Of a DNA stretch of 38,105 bases, positions 37,774 to 38,105 are shown in pieces. This DNA is from an uncultured Pseudomonadota bacterium (GTDB taxonomy: Bacteria > Pseudomonadota > Gammaproteobacteria > Methylococcales > Methylomonadaceae), in NCBI GenBank assembly GCA_903904275.1, contig CAIVBX010000147.1, positions 1 to 38,105 on the forward strand, read 5' to 3'. The translations under genes and the position numbers were made by a program. The notes beneath the pieces were generated by a model. That model made no database searches and was not told the DNA's origin. It saw only the letters and a program-made list of their open reading frames with translations. Each line of letters starts with the position of its first letter. Positions within the stretch are counted from its first letter, which is position 1.

Positions 37774-38105
37774 ATGAGCGATAGTTACAATACAGAAGTT
37801 CTCGTTTTAGGCGGTGGCCCTGGTGGTTATACGGCGGCATTTCGTGCGGCGGATTTAGGCAAAAGCGTTGTGCTAGTTGAACGTTATGGCGTTTTGGGCG
37901 GCGTGTGTTTAAACGTGGGTTGTATTCCGTCAAAAGCGTTATTGCATTTAGCGCATACGATTCATGAAGCCGAAGAATCTGAAAACTTCGGCGTAACATT
38001 CGCCAAACCACAGCTCGACATCGACAAAATTCGGGCATGGCGCATGAGCGTTACCAAAGGGCTGAATGACGGTTTAGGCGCGTTGGCAAAACAACGCAAA
38101 GTCAC
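37774..38105 (+). CDS. lpdA: Dihydrolipoyl dehydrogenase (E3), 5' part only; runs off the window
   Basis: ATG at 37774 behind GGAGAG. 'VLVLGGGPGGYTAAFRAADLG' is the FAD GxGxxG motif and 'GGVCLNVGCIPSK' is the redox disulfide. The frame stays open to the window end, so it is absent from the ORF track. Confidence 0.9.
   Translation, partial: MSDSYNTEVLVLGGGPGGYTAAFRAADLGKSVVLVERYGVLGGVCLNVGCIPSKALLHLAHTIHEAEESENFGVTFAKPQLDIDKIRAWRMSVTKGLNDGLGALAKQRKV

Noticed and set aside
1-38105. I searched for CRISPR arrays, rRNA genes, intact IS elements, integrases and prophage genes.
   Set aside because: I found no regularly spaced direct repeats, no rRNA-like segments, no integrase or recombinase ORF, and no phage structural genes in any of the six frames.

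Overview
This is a 38.1-kb chromosomal segment from what looks like a moderately AT-rich gammaproteobacterium. The taxonomic guess rests on gene order only: coaE-zapD, aceE-aceF-lpdA, ubiK-comM and a tRNA Pro-Arg-His operon. I cannot name the organism. The window holds about 38 protein genes and 4 tRNAs. I saw no rRNA, CRISPR array or intact IS element. Most genes are housekeeping: dnaB, a batA/batB-like VWA pair, a siroheme-decarboxylase pair, rbgA, pyrC, an OprO/P-type porin behind tandem Pho boxes, queG, cysD, argD-argF, ygiM-like, ilvD, coaE, zapD, mrcB, speE, a MarR-like gene, ubiK, comM, pilU and aceEF-lpdA. Three accessory-looking elements stand out. (1) The best candidate for a new system is an AT-rich two-gene module at 13061-14635 on the minus strand. 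It pairs an ABC/SMC-type (AAA_15/AAA_21-like) ATPase with a PIN-domain nuclease through a TAAATG junction. It sits between queG and cysD, only 15 nt downstream of cysD, and no small antitoxin ORF is present. (2) An AT-rich islet at 6077-7863 next to the tRNA cluster carries a membrane-anchored MutS paralog that lacks the mismatch-binding domain, flanked by a possible transposase relic. (3) A tightly packed four-gene signalling cassette at 24194-28564 encodes an outer-membrane barrel, a half-size PstS-like periplasmic protein, a HAMP histidine kinase and an HD-GYP response regulator. All protein-family calls come from motif recognition by eye. No database search was run.
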